A stretch of 64,000 nucleotides of DNA, from the NCBI GenBank assembly GCA_951406725.2, contig OX597821.1:14756001-14820000 (forward strand), given 5' to 3'. Shown here piece after piece: positions 1-13,070 of the stretch. This DNA is from Octopus vulgaris (taxonomy: Eukaryota). Under the pieces are notes generated by a model. It was given only the letters and a program-made list of their open reading frames with translations. It searched no databases and was not told where the DNA came from. A program made the translations under genes and the position numbers. Position 1 is the first letter of the stretch; each line of letters opens with the position of its first letter.

Positions 1-41
<41 letters not shown>

Positions 42-547
42 CGTATGTATACGCATACATACATATAGGCATATGTATCTAACGGTGAATTCTATTAGCG
101 TACTTTTCACATCATGTTTATCATGGAGGTGGACCTGCTGCCGAAATATTTTACCGCATACGAATTTTGGAACCTCATTTTGTATGGGAACTAATATACC
201 TACCAAGTGTCCAATCAATAAATTATATCTTTTCTACTGCTTCATCTTGTGATTTGCCCTCACATGAACATTTTTTTTTTCAAATATATTACTATATCTT
301 GAACGATATGCCAGACAATTCGATTTTTTAAACAACTTCACTTGGAAGAAAAAAATATATATTTTATCTACATACGCAATATGTTCAATCATTTAATATT
401 CTCATCATTATACAACTTCTCGACGTTGTCATTTATTCTTCAGATCTTAGCATCTGTACATATGTTTTACAATGGTATGATATAATTTTACAATTATGCC
501 ATATAAATCAATTTTCACTGAGATATAGTGTTGCTATTGCTGCACAC

Positions 548-593
<46 letters not shown>

Positions 594-704
594 TACATGT
601 ATGTATGTAAAACATTCATTAACAAAATGGCGAGGCTAAAAATATGCTTCATTATGTTTACAAATTCAATTTTATATACTGTTTCGGCGCTTTAGTTAAT
701 CTAA

Positions 705-751
<47 letters not shown>

Positions 752-812
752 CATGCACACATGCATGCATACATACATACATGCATATATATATATATTT
801 TCTCTTATTTTT

Positions 813-1018
813 TTCTCTTTTACTTGTTTCAGTCATTTGACTGCGGCCATGCTGGAGCACCGCCTTTATTCGAGGAAATCGACCCCAGGACTTATTCCTT
901 GGAAGCCTAGTACCTATTCTATCGTTTTCTTTTACCGAACCGCTAAGTTACAGGAACGTAAACACACCAGCATCGGTTGTCAAGCGATGTTGGGGGGGAC
1001 AAACACACACACACACAT

Positions 1019-1081
<63 letters not shown>

Positions 1082-1252
1082 CATATATATGACGGGCTTC
1101 TTTCAGTTTTCGTCTACCAAATCCACTCACAAGGCTTTGGTCGGCTTGAGGCTATGGTAGAAGACACTTGCCCAAGGTGCCACGCAGTGGGACTGAACCC
1201 GGAACCATGTGGTTGGTAAGCAAGCTACTTACCACATAGCCACTCCTGCGCC
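813..1252 (-). mobile_element. tRNA-derived SINE family A (dominant octopus-type SINE), full-length copy with internal (TA)n(CA)n tract
   Basis: Minus strand reads GGCGCAGGAGTGGCTATGTGGTAAGTAGC...GGTTCCGGGTTCAGTCCC (Pol III A/B box-like) and ends GGCGGTGCTCCAGCATGGCCGCAGTCAAATGACTGAAACAAGTAAAAGAG; more than 12 homologous copies in the window. Confidence 0.85.
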
Positions 1253-1333
1253 TGTATGTATATACGTACAGATAATCATATACACCACATGGATACACAC
1301 ACACACACACACACATCTGTTTATGCGTTGTAT

Positions 1334-1680
1334 GGAGTTTGCTTCGCAACCACATGGTTACAGGCTCAGCCCCACTGCGTAGCACTTCGGGCAAATGTCT
1401 TCTCCTATAGCTTCAGACCGACCAAATCCTTGTGAGTGGATATGCTAGATAAAAGCAAGATGAAAGATTCCTGTAAGGTGTGTGTGTGCGTGTGTGTGAC
1501 CACTGCTTGACTGCTTGACGGCGGTTAACGTAGCGGTTCGGCAAAAGGCTCCGATAGAATAATTACCAGGCTTAAAAAGAAAATGATCACAGAGGTCGAT
1601 TAGTTTGACTAGAATTCCTGAAGGTGGTGCCCCAGCATGGCCGCAGTTTAATGACAAAAACGAGTTAAAGATAAAAGATA
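1334..1680 (+). mobile_element. SINE family A, diverged copy
   Basis: AACCACATGGTTACAGGCTCAGCCCCACTGCG...GGTGGTGCCCCAGCATGGCCGCAG tail; colinear with the other family A copies. Confidence 0.75.
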
Positions 1681-1944
1681 GTCACAGCTTTAGTATTCGT
1701 TAGAATTCTTTCCATACCACTCCTTTTCTAACCAAACTCGACGTGAATGTTAAGTCGTACTTCTTTGGATTGAGCGAAAAATGAGTATTTTGTGTTGCTT
1801 TTATCGGGAGGAAATAGGAAAGTGAGTAGAACAAAAAATAATGACAATGAAAAAGGGATAAAAATGCAAGCAATAACAATGCCAACAATAATAAAACTAA
1901 TCTTAGTTGTACAGGAGACATTGATAAAAGACTAGTCAGTCAAA

Positions 1945-2343
1945 TCTTTATATATAAAAGTCAAACTGTGTGTCTGTCTCCTACGATTTAGATTCCTAAC
2001 TACTTCCACATTTTGCGGTGCAGTTTAACCAAAACCGGGTATCTTATAGTCGTGATTCATATCGACCCCTTCTGGGTATTAGCGCGCGTCTACTATGAGT
2101 CTACGATTTAAAAAAAAATTTACCATCATTTTTTTCCATTTTAATGCATTTTTTCGCTATTATATAAGGGAAGTAACTCTCTAAAAGTGTCTACGATGAG
2201 TCAAAGATTTAAAAAAAAAATTACCATCATTTCTTTTTCCATTTTTAATGCATTTTTTTGCTATTTTTTGGCTATAACTCTCTAAAAATGCTTATATAGT
2301 TATTTCCCTTACAAACCCGAGCAACGCCGGGCGATACTGCTAG
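1945..2343 (+). mobile_element. Non-autonomous Helitron (copy 1)
   Basis: Starts TC after A (CAAA|TCTTTATATATAAAAG), ends CTAG before T, with subterminal hairpin CCCGAGCAACGCCGGG; no TSD; homologues at 18875 and 53195. Confidence 0.85.
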
Positions 2344-2814
2344 TCACAAATATAAGTGGTGACTGATTTAGAAATAGTTTATCATCGGGTGAGGATGATG
2401 AAAATAGTGCTAACAGTATTAACGATAGCAATAAGTCTTAAACCAAACCTTACATACCGCATTCTACATGGCATTCTAAATTATGAAAAGAATGATTGAA
2501 TTTCACTTCTATAGATTCATTTGTTTCTTCAACTACTTGGTATCTAAGTTTCTCTATTACTTGAGGATATTGCTGACCCGGCAAATCAAGCAGAACTGAA
2601 ATGTTTCCATCTCTTCATGCATTTGAAATATAAGGCTATTTCTAATGATTCTTTCTTAGTAAGATTTCTATCGTTATGATGCGAATATCTTCTAGATGAG
2701 AGTTTATAAATATTGTTTTTTCCAAATGTTATTCTAAAGCATTTGTCACTTCGACGGAACTAAGATTATTATAAAAGTCATGAATTTGTGTAAGAGTGCA
2801 TATTGCTGTTGTAC

Positions 2815-3187
2815 AACCACATGGTTCCAGGTTCAGTCCCACTGCGTGGCACCTTGGGTAAGTGTCTTCTACTATAGCTTCGGGCCGACCAAAGTCTTGT
2901 GAATGGATTTGGTATTCGGAAGCTGAAAGAATCCCGTAGTATATATGTATATATATTTATGTGTGTGCCTTTGTGTCCGTGTTTGTCCCTCCCCCATCAC
3001 CACTTGACAACCTGTGTTAGTGTGTTTACGTCCCCAAAACTTAGCGGTTCGGCAAAAGACACCAATAGAATAAGTACTAGGCTTTAAAAAGTCCTGGGAT
3101 CGATTCATTCGACTAAAAACCTTTCGAGGTGGTGCTCCAGCATGACCGTAATCAAAATGGCTGAAACAAGTAAAAGAATAAAAGAAT
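2815..3187 (+). mobile_element. SINE family A, 5'-truncated
   Basis: AACCACATGGTTCCAGGTTCAGTCCCACTGCGTGGC through the GGTGGTGCTCCAGCATGACCG...GAAACAAGTAAAAGAATAAAAGAAT tail. Confidence 0.8.
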
Positions 3188-3569
3188 AATACAATCAAAC
3201 CACCTTCAGCTTTGCACTATAAACTGTAGTAACCCTTAATAAAAACAATAGAAAACTTCCTTTATTATTATCTGTTAATACATAAATTTCTAAATGGACA
3301 ATAAAAACGAACACGTTTAGTTTTTCTTCATTTTTATGGCTTTTATATACAATAATATAAATTTCAGTAATAAACTCCTTGATAAATTGTAATTCATTTA
3401 CAGTGGTCGAATCATACTCTCTTGATTGGTTTAGTCTGTCGAAGGATAATTGTTATTATACTTTGTTTTGCTTTGGGCCTTCAACTCGGCGTGTTTTGTG
3501 CAATTTTAGACCTGCTGAAACCCATCCCTCTCCGTGTGGGACTAAAACCGATTTCTTCCAGCAATAGAA

Positions 3570-3572
<3 letters not shown>

Positions 3573-3636
<64 letters not shown>

Positions 3637-3665
3637 CAGACAGACAGAGAGACAGAGAGAGAGAG
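3573..3665. repeat. (GA)n/(GACA)n microsatellite
   Basis: Direct reading of the GAGAGA run. Confidence 0.95.
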
Positions 3666-4036
3666 TTGGGGGTAGACGGGGGAAAGAAAGAATGAGATAG
3701 AATCGATTTCGTACAGGACTGGTATTTTATTAATCGACCCAGAAAGTATATAAGCAAAGTTGGCCTGGGTGGAATTTGAACTCGAATGTAGAGAATTTAT
3801 CCGACGCTCAACCGACGCTGACAACTGGTCGCTTTGATCGCGATCTGTTTGAATATAAGGGAATTTGTATATTACAGATTTGTTTGACTCCTGTACATCC
3901 TACGACATAATATATTGCGCATTCAAGAATAAGACGGGTAAGTTCTGCTATATTTGTGGAGATAAGTTTTTATTACTGTATGGAAAGAAAACATTACACA
4001 CCGTTCTAAGAAGACAGATTCGTGTAATTTTGTATA

Positions 4037-4245
4037 TCTCTTTACTCTTTACTCTTTTACTTGTTTCAGTCATTTGACTGCGGCCATGCTGGAGCACCGC
4101 CTTTAATCGAGCAACTCGACCCCGGTAATTATTCTTTTGTAAGCCCAGTACTTATTCTATCGGTCTCTTTTGCCGAACCGCTATGTGACGGGGACGTAAA
4201 CACACCAGCATCGATTGTTAAGCAATGCTAGGGGGACAAACACAC

Positions 4246-4301
<56 letters not shown>

Positions 4302-4312
4302 TACACACATAC

Positions 4313-4372
<60 letters not shown>

Positions 4373-4529
4373 GACAGGCTTCTTTCAGTTTCCGTCTACC
4401 AAATCCACTCACAAGGCTTTGGTCGGCCCGGGTCTATAGCAGAAGACACTTGCCCAAGATGCCACGCAGTGGGACTGAACCCGGAACCATGTGGTTGGTT
4501 AGCAAGCTACTTACCACACAGCCACTCCT
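4037..4529 (-). mobile_element. SINE family A, near full-length
   Basis: Reverse complement of the family A consensus with an expanded internal (CA)n(TA)n tract. Confidence 0.85.
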
Positions 4530-4539
4530 ATATGTCGTT

Positions 4540-5070
4540 GGTAACGTAAGAGATAGAGGCATGTACCGCTGCAGCACGTTGCTGGACCCACCGTTTGTCG
4601 GCATTTGCTCGGTTTGTTCCGCAGTATCCTAGGCAATGCCCATTATCAAGAGATACTTCCTCATCCACCATGATCATGTGGCATATCGTCAAACAACACG
4701 AGTCATAATCCCAGCAAGATCTTCAGAGAAGGGAAGGAACATGGTACGCAAGATCCAACTTGGAAAATCGACAAACATAACCAACAAGTCTGAGCTGACG
4801 CGTTCTGAGTAACAATACGTTTCTGAGTATAACCGCTGGTTGGATACAAAAGCCAACCAACGGTAACCTATATTCCTGAGAAGCGTCCTAGTTTCAAAGG
4901 AGTTTAAGCGCCCCGCAAAGATCCCAGACAGTGTCCAAGTCTCGCAATCATAGAACAAGACAGGGAGAACGAGAGACCTGAAGATCCGAACCTTCGCTCT
5001 CCTGCTCATTTATAAACTGCACAAGACACCCTTGTCCAGTGAGTTCACAACTGCACTAGCAAGTCCAAAT
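4540..5070 (-). pseudogene. RTE-clade LINE, decayed C-terminal RT region
   Basis: ORF 4689-5009 reads KVRIFRSLVLPVLFYDCETWTL...RLNSFETRTLLRNIGYRW, matching the RTE motif K.R.Y...V.P.LLYG.E.W...LR.I.G..W; frameshifted downstream. Confidence 0.75.
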
Positions 5071-5652
5071 TATGGGCATCGCATGTTTTTTGCTTATATC
5101 GTGCAAACAAACTTAATGTTATCTGCTTTATAGTTGCATATAAAAGGTTGTAGACATCTTAATATTCCTCTAATCAACGAAGTACTGCTGTTTCTTGTGT
5201 AGGGAATTCACAAGCCATTAATGAACATCACGTATGCAAAATGTCATGTCATAGAGCATGGGCTTTATAATGTTAATATCCTTCCCGATACTCAAAGAAA
5301 CACTTATCGTTTAATATATTGCATTGCAAATTCGGTCATTCTATATAAAGCGTCAAGTCTCTAGATAAGGATTCGTCAGCGCTTTCTTTTCTCATTATAA
5401 ACCTCCAAAAATGTCCACTGTTTCTGATGCTGAAATCAAAGAGGAATTCCTCTTTAGTCCAAGGAGACGATAATTCTGGCGACCCGTTTTCTAATGTCAA
5501 GTAGTTTCACTCACATAGTTTTGGTAAGTCCATGGCCAGAATAGAAAACAGTTGCTCAAATTGTCGTTCAGTGAGACCGAACTCGAGACATGATGTTGAG
5601 AAGCGAGCTTCTTCACCACACTGTCATATCTATGTCAGTTTGAAGTTGTTCT

Positions 5653-5687
<35 letters not shown>

Positions 5688-5959
5688 CCTTACATGAACG
5701 CACATTCACAAGCACTCACACACACACATGTATGAATATATATATATATATATGTATGTTATGTATTGTGTTATATAATTCAACAATTAAGAGAAGCTAA
5801 TTCAGGCGAAGCGTGAGGTACTTATGAATGAATGAGTATAACACTGTTATTCATATGCATTCAACCATTGACTACATCTAAGAAGTGGGCCCTAAGTGGG
5901 TCCAATTCTACATTCGTCTGGCCAGTCTAGATTACAGCAGAAAGAAAAAAATTTACACA

Positions 5960-6337
5960 GGTAGGAGTGGCTGTGTGGTAAGTAGCTTGTTTACCAACCA
6001 CATGGTTCCGGGTTCAGTCCCACTGCGTGGCACCTTGGGCAAGCGTCCTCTACTATAGCCTCGGGCCGACCAATGCCTTGTGAGTGGATTTGGTAGACGA
6101 AAACTGAAAGAAGCCCGTCGTATATATGTATATATATGTGTGTGTGTGCGTGTATGTTTGTGTTTGTCCCCTAGTATTGCTTGACAACCGATGCTGGTGT
6201 GTTTATGTCCCCGTTACTTAGCGGTTCGGCAAAAGAGACCGATAGAATAAGTCCCGGGGTCGAGTTGCTCGATTAAAGGCGGTGCTCCAGCATGGCCGCA
6301 GTCAATTGACTGAAACAAGTAAAAGAGTAAAAGAGTA
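5960..6337 (+). mobile_element. SINE family A with small internal deletion
   Basis: GTAGGAGTGGCTGTGTGGTAAGTAGC...GAAACAAGTAAAAGAGTAAAAGAG; the segment between the two GAATAAGT repeats is missing. Confidence 0.85.
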
Positions 6338-6794
6338 GGTCCTATGATGTATTGACTTACTTAAGGTCTGCTACTTACACGAAACCAACAGTACAATTGA
6401 GTATTTTTGTTACAGTCATACGCATACAATACACACACATACGGTACGCGCGGACACTATTCGGGCTAAATAATAGTAACATTCGTCCTTATCAGGACTG
6501 CCACTGTACGTCGATAAATAAACTTTTCTCTAAAGTACTGTTGCAGCATGTTTCTCGTTCAGTGACATATATGTCAGAGGCAGATATAGAAAATAAAAAG
6601 TGGAGATTGTGCGGTCTAGTCACCACTCATTTTAACTCATATTTGCGGTGAATTATCTAGGGAATCCCAAACGACAATGTAACCTTCATTTTATTAAGTT
6701 ATACTCGGCCTGATGAATAGCTTAGCTGAGTTAACTCTCATTGAGTAATTATTATAACAGAGGATTGATTATGACAGTAACTGTATGTTTGATA

Positions 6795-6810
6795 ACAACA
6801 ACAACAACAA

Positions 6811-6901
<91 letters not shown>
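6795..6901. repeat. Compound (ACA)n(CTA)n(ATA)n microsatellite
   Basis: Direct reading. Confidence 0.95.
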
Positions 6902-6904
<3 letters not shown>

Positions 6905-7594
6905 AAGAGCATTGTCGATGTGAGAACTATTACTACCCATGTATTTTAATTTAACTTAAAAAAAAAATGAACGAACTAGTGAGTTTAGTTTAACCACCAA
7001 TGTATACTATGAGTTTCTTTGCCCTAGGAGTCGGGAAGACATTCGGCAAGAAATGGAAGCAAATTTGAAAGAAGAAAAATAAAATAATAATAATATTAAT
7101 GATAAATGAATATTTTGAAATTCACTTTAAATAAATCATTCGAGACCCACAAATTTGAAGAACTAGAAATATTTCACTTCATTAACGGCGATTATGATAA
7201 ACGGGTTGTACACCAATACCGGTAAGCGAGACTAATTTTGACAAACCAGTGTTTCCATTCCGTGCACAAACATTGGATTCTAGCGTCACACTCTAGACAT
7301 CATCAGTATCTGTTCTAGCGACAGCAGCAACAACAGCAGCAGCATACTCCTACCATGTCTGTGTAGCTAGCAAGCTTGTTTTGTGTTTTGTTTTTGATCT
7401 CCGTAGGCAAATTGATTGGCTGTGTTTGCGGTTTTACTTGACAATTTTGGTAGCTGTTTGATACGTGATTGTAAATGAACAGTTTTCACAGTGTGTATAT
7501 GTGTGCGTGTGTGAGCAGAGCATGTGCGTAAGAATGTATGTCCCTATAAGTGTGTATGTGTGTGTGTGCAAGTATGTATATTATGCATATAAAA

Positions 7595-7988
7595 GGCGCA
7601 GGAGTGGCTGTGTGGTAAGTAGCTTGCTTACCAACCACATGGTTCCAGGTTCAGTCCCACTGCGTGGCACCTTGGGCAAGTGCCTTCTACTATAGCCTCG
7701 GGCCGACCAATGCCTTGTGAGTGGATTTGGTAGACGGAAACTGAAAGAAGCCCGTCATATATATGTATATATATGTGTGTGTGTCGTGTGTGTCTGTGTT
7801 TGTCCTCCTAGCATTGCTTGACAACCGACGTTGGTGTGTTTATGTCCCCGTAACTTAGCGGTTCGGCAAAAGAGACCGATAGAATGAGCACTGGGCTTAC
7901 AAAAGAATAAGTCCCGGGGTCGAGTTGCTCGACTAAAGGCGGTGCTCCAGCATGGCCGCAGTCAAATGACTGAAACAAGTAAAAGAGT
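7595..7988 (+). mobile_element. SINE family A, full-length
   Basis: Starts GGCGCAGGAGTGGCTGTGTGG and ends GACTGAAACAAGTAAAAGAG. Confidence 0.88.
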
Positions 7989-8425
7989 TATACAAACATA
8001 CGCACGCACATTAATATGTTGTCTTCACTCAACTTGCCATTGTTTTCTTCGACCCGGTTTTGCAGATCCCCAGCGCGTGCAACTAGTTGCTGATGTCATT
8101 CCGATACTTTTCGTTTGGACACCCAAATTCAAATTAAAAAACAAAAACTCTCATACAATGACAAAAAAAAAAGAAGAAAAACAGCAACAAAAACCGCTGA
8201 TTTACTTAATCAGTTTTCCTTGATTAAAGAATGTAGACCTGTATGCAAATTAATGAAAATAAAAAATAAAAAAAAGAAAGGAAAAGAAGATAAGAATCTC
8301 TTCCACATTTCAAGGAATTTCGGATGTGATTGCAACAGGGACAGTGTTGTTTTTGTGTATATGTAATAGTGTCAACACGAGTTAAGGATCAATAATGCTT
8401 GAAATATAGATTACCCAACATAACA

Positions 8426-8459
<34 letters not shown>

Positions 8460-8620
8460 TAAATAAATGGAGTTTATTTATTTTTTCCGTGTTAATTGTT
8501 AACAAGGTAAAAATACACTCATCTATTTTTATATATATATATATATATACACATACATACATACATACATACATATATACGCAAGGATTTTATGTATGCA
8601 TATGCACAAATATGTGTGTG

Positions 8621-8679
<59 letters not shown>

Positions 8680-9247
8680 TGGGGGGTGCGTGAGAGAAAG
8701 TATTAATATGACCTATGTATGTTTGTATGTATATAGATTATCTGCATACATGTGTTCACACACGAAAAGGCTAAGACACATACAAATATAAACACACACA
8801 CACACACACACATATGTATGTACATACGCACTTTCATATACCCATAAATAATGCAGAAATGCGTGCATTAATTATTCATAATTTCTAAGAACTGAATAAA
8901 TATGGCCAAGTAAATAAATGCAACGAGTAAATTATTTCGTTACACTGAAATAAACATCAGATTAAATCTATGAAACCTATTTGCCCATACAGCACAAGCA
9001 TTACACATAATCACACGTGCACGCGCCTCACACACAGCCACGCGTGAACATAACTACAAACACCAGAAATCATATCACGATTACTATTTCGGGAGTATGA
9101 ATGAAGCTACTCAGTAAATATTTTTACTCTTCAATGATTCTAACGAAGAACACAAGAAAGGAAAAAAATAGTAGAATAGTATAATGCTGTTGCTTATTTC
9201 CTTATAAGGTAATAATATACAATAAACATAACTGTTTCTAATTTAGT

Positions 9248-9617
9248 GGAGGCGCAATGGCCCAGTGGTTAGGGCAGCGGACTCGCGGTCATAGGATCGC
9301 GGTTTCGATTCCCAGACCGGGCGTTGTGAGTGTTTATTGAGCGAAAACACCTAAAGCTCCACGAGGCTCCGGCAGGGGATGGTGGTGATCCCTGCTGTAC
9401 TCTTTCACCACAACTTTCTCTCACTCTTACTTGCTGTTTCTGTTGTACCTGTATTTCAAGGGGCCGGTCGTGTCACTCTCTGTGTCACGCTGAATATCCC
9501 CGAGAACTACTTTAAGGGTGCACGTGTCTGTGGAGTGCTCAGCCACTTACACGTTAATTTCACGAGCAGGCTGTTCCGTTGATTCGGATCAACCGGAACC
9601 CTCATCGTCGTGATCGG
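9248..9617 (+). mobile_element. tRNA-derived SINE family B (tRNA-Arg-like head)
   Basis: GGAGGCGCAATGGCCCAGTGGTTAGGGCAGCGGACTCGCGGTCATAGGATCGCGGTTTCGATTCCC has A box TGGCCCAGTGG and B box GGTTTCGATTCC; near-identical copies at 27044 and 30494. Confidence 0.85.
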
Positions 9618-9704
9618 TTGATCCATGTTTGACGAAGGGGGGAATATATAGTGGACTACACTGACTCCAATACTTGACTGAAACTATTTTATTTGACCCC
9701 TGTG

Positions 9705-9878
9705 CATGCCTGTCGCTGAGGGAGTGGGGTCACTGGACGTCGCTGTCTCTTCACTATTCAATGTTGCACCCTCAGATTAAAAAAAATACCGTTTACAAAA
9801 ATCTTCCCGCAAAATAAATTTGTGCCTCACAAAATATTCTGAAGCCCCTCCGGGCACCTAAATCTGCCGACGGGCCTG
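9705..9878. mobile_element. Possible short MITE (hAT-like termini) inside a family C SINE remnant
   Basis: Left CATGCCTGTCG vs right CGACGGGCCTG match 9/11 as an inverted pair; interrupts the TTTTATTTGACCCC...GGATGAA SINE motif. Confidence 0.35.
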
Positions 9879-10189
9879 TCCTGGAGGGATGAAGAAAGCT
9901 GGCATCCGAGGGATTTTTTACTGAGAATTTAGAGAGCCAGATCAAATACTGCAAGGTATTTTCGAATACCTTAATAATTCTACTATTTCACCGCAACCCG
10001 AAATTGACTCTGCAAGAGTACAAGTTCAGCTGATTGGTTAAGTGAATATCATCGACCCCAGTTCAGGTATTTATTTAAATGGTTTCATTTAAAGGACGGA
10101 AGGTAAAACTGACCTCAGTGGTACCTGAACTTAGAACGTGAAGAAATGTCACATGGTATTTTCTCCTATGCTTTAGCAATTCTGAATAA

Positions 10190-10347
10190 TAGAAGTGGCT
10201 GTGTGGTAAGTAGCTTGCTTACCAACCACATGGTTGCGGGTTCAGTCCCACTGCGTGGCATCTTGGGCAACTGTCTTCTGCTATAGCCCAGGACCGACCA
10301 ATGCCTTGTGAGTGGATTTGGTAGACGGAAACTGAAAGAAACCTGTC

Positions 10348-10396
<49 letters not shown>

Positions 10397-10424
10397 TGTA
10401 TTGTGGGACAAACACAGACACACA

Positions 10425-10464
<40 letters not shown>

Positions 10465-10676
10465 TGTGTGTCTGTGTTTGTCCCCCTAGCATTGCTTGAC
10501 AACCGATGCTGGTGTGTTTACGTCCCCGTCACTTTGCGGTTCGGTAAAAGAGACCGATAGAATAAGTACTGGGCTTACAAAGAATAAGTCCCGGGGTCGA
10601 TTTGTTCGACTAAAGGCGGTGCTCCAGCATGGCCGCAGTCAAATGACTGAAACAAGTAAAAGAGTAAAAGAGAGAG
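10190..10676 (+). mobile_element. SINE family A with rearranged internal microsatellite region
   Basis: Family A head and tail; the internal tract has GGGACAAACACAGACACACAAAC (10405-10428) inverted relative to GTTTGTGTGTCTGTGTTTGTCCC (10462-10484). Confidence 0.85.
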
Positions 10677-10685
10677 TAATAGTAA

Positions 10686-10900
10686 TGGTTTCAAATTTTA
10701 GAACAAGGCCAACAGTTTTGGCGGGCAGGGTTAAGTCAATAACATCGACCCCAGTGTTCAACTGGTACTTATTTTATCGGCCCCGAAAGGATGAAAGGCG
10801 AAGTCGTCTTCTTTGGATTTTAAAATCAACGTAAAGACACGAATGAAATAGCACTAAGCTTTTTGTCCAGTGTGCGAACAATTCTACCAGCTCGCCGCTT
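10686..10900 (-). mobile_element. SINE family C (Meta/MESC-like central domain)
   Basis: Contains the reverse complement of GCCTTTCATCCTTTCGGGG..GATAAAATAAGTACCAGTT and the head GCGGCGAGCTGGTAGAATTGTT. Confidence 0.7.
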
Positions 10901-10902
10901 TT

Positions 10903-10964
<62 letters not shown>

Positions 10965-10965
<1 letters not shown>

Positions 10966-11521
10966 TGCCCTGATGCAGTACTAGGCAGTGGCTCTCATGG
11001 CTTCTGATCTTAACTGATTGGAAGTGTTATCATGTACATTGTTTTGTCTTGGTATAAAAGATGGGCTACAGCAAATATTCTGCTCAATACCACAGATTTG
11101 CTTGTCAGTTGTTTGACCATAACCAGTTGAGCATGTCCCTTAGTGGCTGACGATATGTGCATCTCTGATCAAAAGCAGAAGTAGTGGGGGAGCATCATAG
11201 CCGTGTGTTGAGAGGGATTCTTTGGGGTTTGAATAATTCACCTCTGGAAACATGGGTGGTTCTTTCAACATCCTTAAACAACCCTTATTCAAGGACCTTT
11301 TGAGCGGGATGGGCTACTCAACCTGAAGAAAATTCTAACTGGGCCCCACCTGCAAGGTCATGCGCTGTTTATCTTGTTATGAGATCACCATGTCGTGCAC
11401 ATATGGTTGTGATGCATGTGCCTGGTGTACCCTTATCAGACGGGTAGTCATGATGGGTATACTGGGCTTCGTATATTTGTACCCCAGTGTCACTTTGATG
11501 GCATGAACTGCTCTCTCACCC
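10965..11521. mobile_element. Unclassified 557-bp element embedded in an (AAT)n microsatellite
   Basis: GC-richer unique block with sharp boundaries, flanked on both sides by long (AAT)n runs (10906-10964, 11523-11578). Confidence 0.55.
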
Positions 11522-11524
11522 AAA

Positions 11525-11609
<85 letters not shown>

Positions 11610-12659
11610 ACTATCGCTACGACTGCACTGAACTTGTGAATGGGCCTGCACGCTGCAGTGAATAAAGTATTTTATGTTATCATAAACAACAGTTTGGCAG
11701 AGCAGGACGGGGGTGGGGGGTGATTGGCAGATTATCGAATAGTGAGAGTAGAGTAACGTGGCGTAGAGATCGATAGATGGAGTTATCGTTGGAAGCTGAT
11801 TTTTTTTCTTCTTTATTTTATTATTTCCCCAGATGGAGTTTGGTATGGTTTATCATGTAGTTTAGTATTCTATTGTATTGCTATATTTTGTGACAGTGAG
11901 AGTACAGAGCTCCACATCAATCCTGGACGGAGACCGCTGATCAAAGACATTCCAACTTACGACAATATAAAAATATACAAGACTACATTATGAAATGCAT
12001 TCTTCCTTTGCTGAAAACGGTAGAGGATGATTTGAAGGTTATTTTGCTGCTATTTCTAGCAGGTCAAGTGACTAAGAAAAGGATTCATCATCGACTTGTG
12101 TTTATCGTGTGTTTGTGCATATGTGCAGGTGTGTGTGTGTGTGTGTGTATGTAATTGTGTATGCACTAGGGTAAAGGTCTATTTTTTTTATTTACCAAGG
12201 CCTGTTCCCCATAGGAAAGGTTAGCCACAACAAGACACACACCAGGCAATCCATTCATTTCCCAGGTACAAAATTAAAATCAAGAACCACAGCAAACAGG
12301 AACCGAAATGACTTTGAAATCGTTGCAGTCTTATCTATTCCCCACAATACAGACATATATGCATTTATGTATACATACAAATGTACAGACATATTCACAT
12401 TACATACACAAAGCAAAGGAAAAATAAAGTCAGATAATTAGCCTGAGGGATGAGAACCAATGTCGATGCAGTATACGAGCAGTAGATTTTTGTACATAGT
12501 GCAAGACGAAATTGAATTCTGTAAATAATGCATTTTGCCATAGATGAAAACAGAGGCAAAGGGTACGTTTATACGCATAGAAACAATTTCCAAAAAACAG
12601 ACACTTAAGCAAATATATGTAAAAAAGATTGAAGCCAGTGGAACCTTTACTTCTAGTTT

Positions 12660-13070
12660 ATTACTGTTTTTATTAAAATTGTTTTACTTGTCAGAACGAT
12701 CGGTCTTGTTTGCTCTGGCAGATTCTGTGTGAGCGGACAGCAGCAGCCTGCTGTCAGAGGTCTCACAGGGTCTCTTTCCGCACATTACAAGCTTTGATAC
12801 TCGGTTGTTGTGGGAGAAATTCAACATCCAGGTACCAATCTCAAAATCTTAGCTGTCCCTAGCAGAACAGTTTTTTAAAATCTTTTTTGCTCTGCTCCCA
12901 TGTCAATTCCAATTTCTCTAACATATTTCTCGAACTTGGTTGTTAGTGCTCCGAGTGCTCTACAACTACTAGAATGACAGACACTCTCCTCACAGTCCAC
13001 ATTCTTGCAATTTCCTCTTTTAGTAGTCTGTACTTTTCAATCTTTTCCATTTCTTTGTCACTTTTGCGTG

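Noticed and set aside
3915-3970. KFCYICGD peptide resembling the N-terminus of some DNA transposases
   Set aside because: Match is too short, and no TIRs or further transposase motifs are nearby.
7340-7460. Minus-strand AGCCAATCA CCAAT box and ATG|GTAGGA as a first exon, plus a CAG|GTATGA donor near 13712
   Set aside because: Short motifs expected by chance in 64 kb; no downstream coding exon found.
9248-9325. tRNA gene calls at the family B and E heads (9248, 27044, 30875, 49737, 60884)
   Set aside because: The tRNA-like heads run directly into a conserved SINE body, some copies have TSDs, and there is no proper acceptor stem or poly-T terminator.
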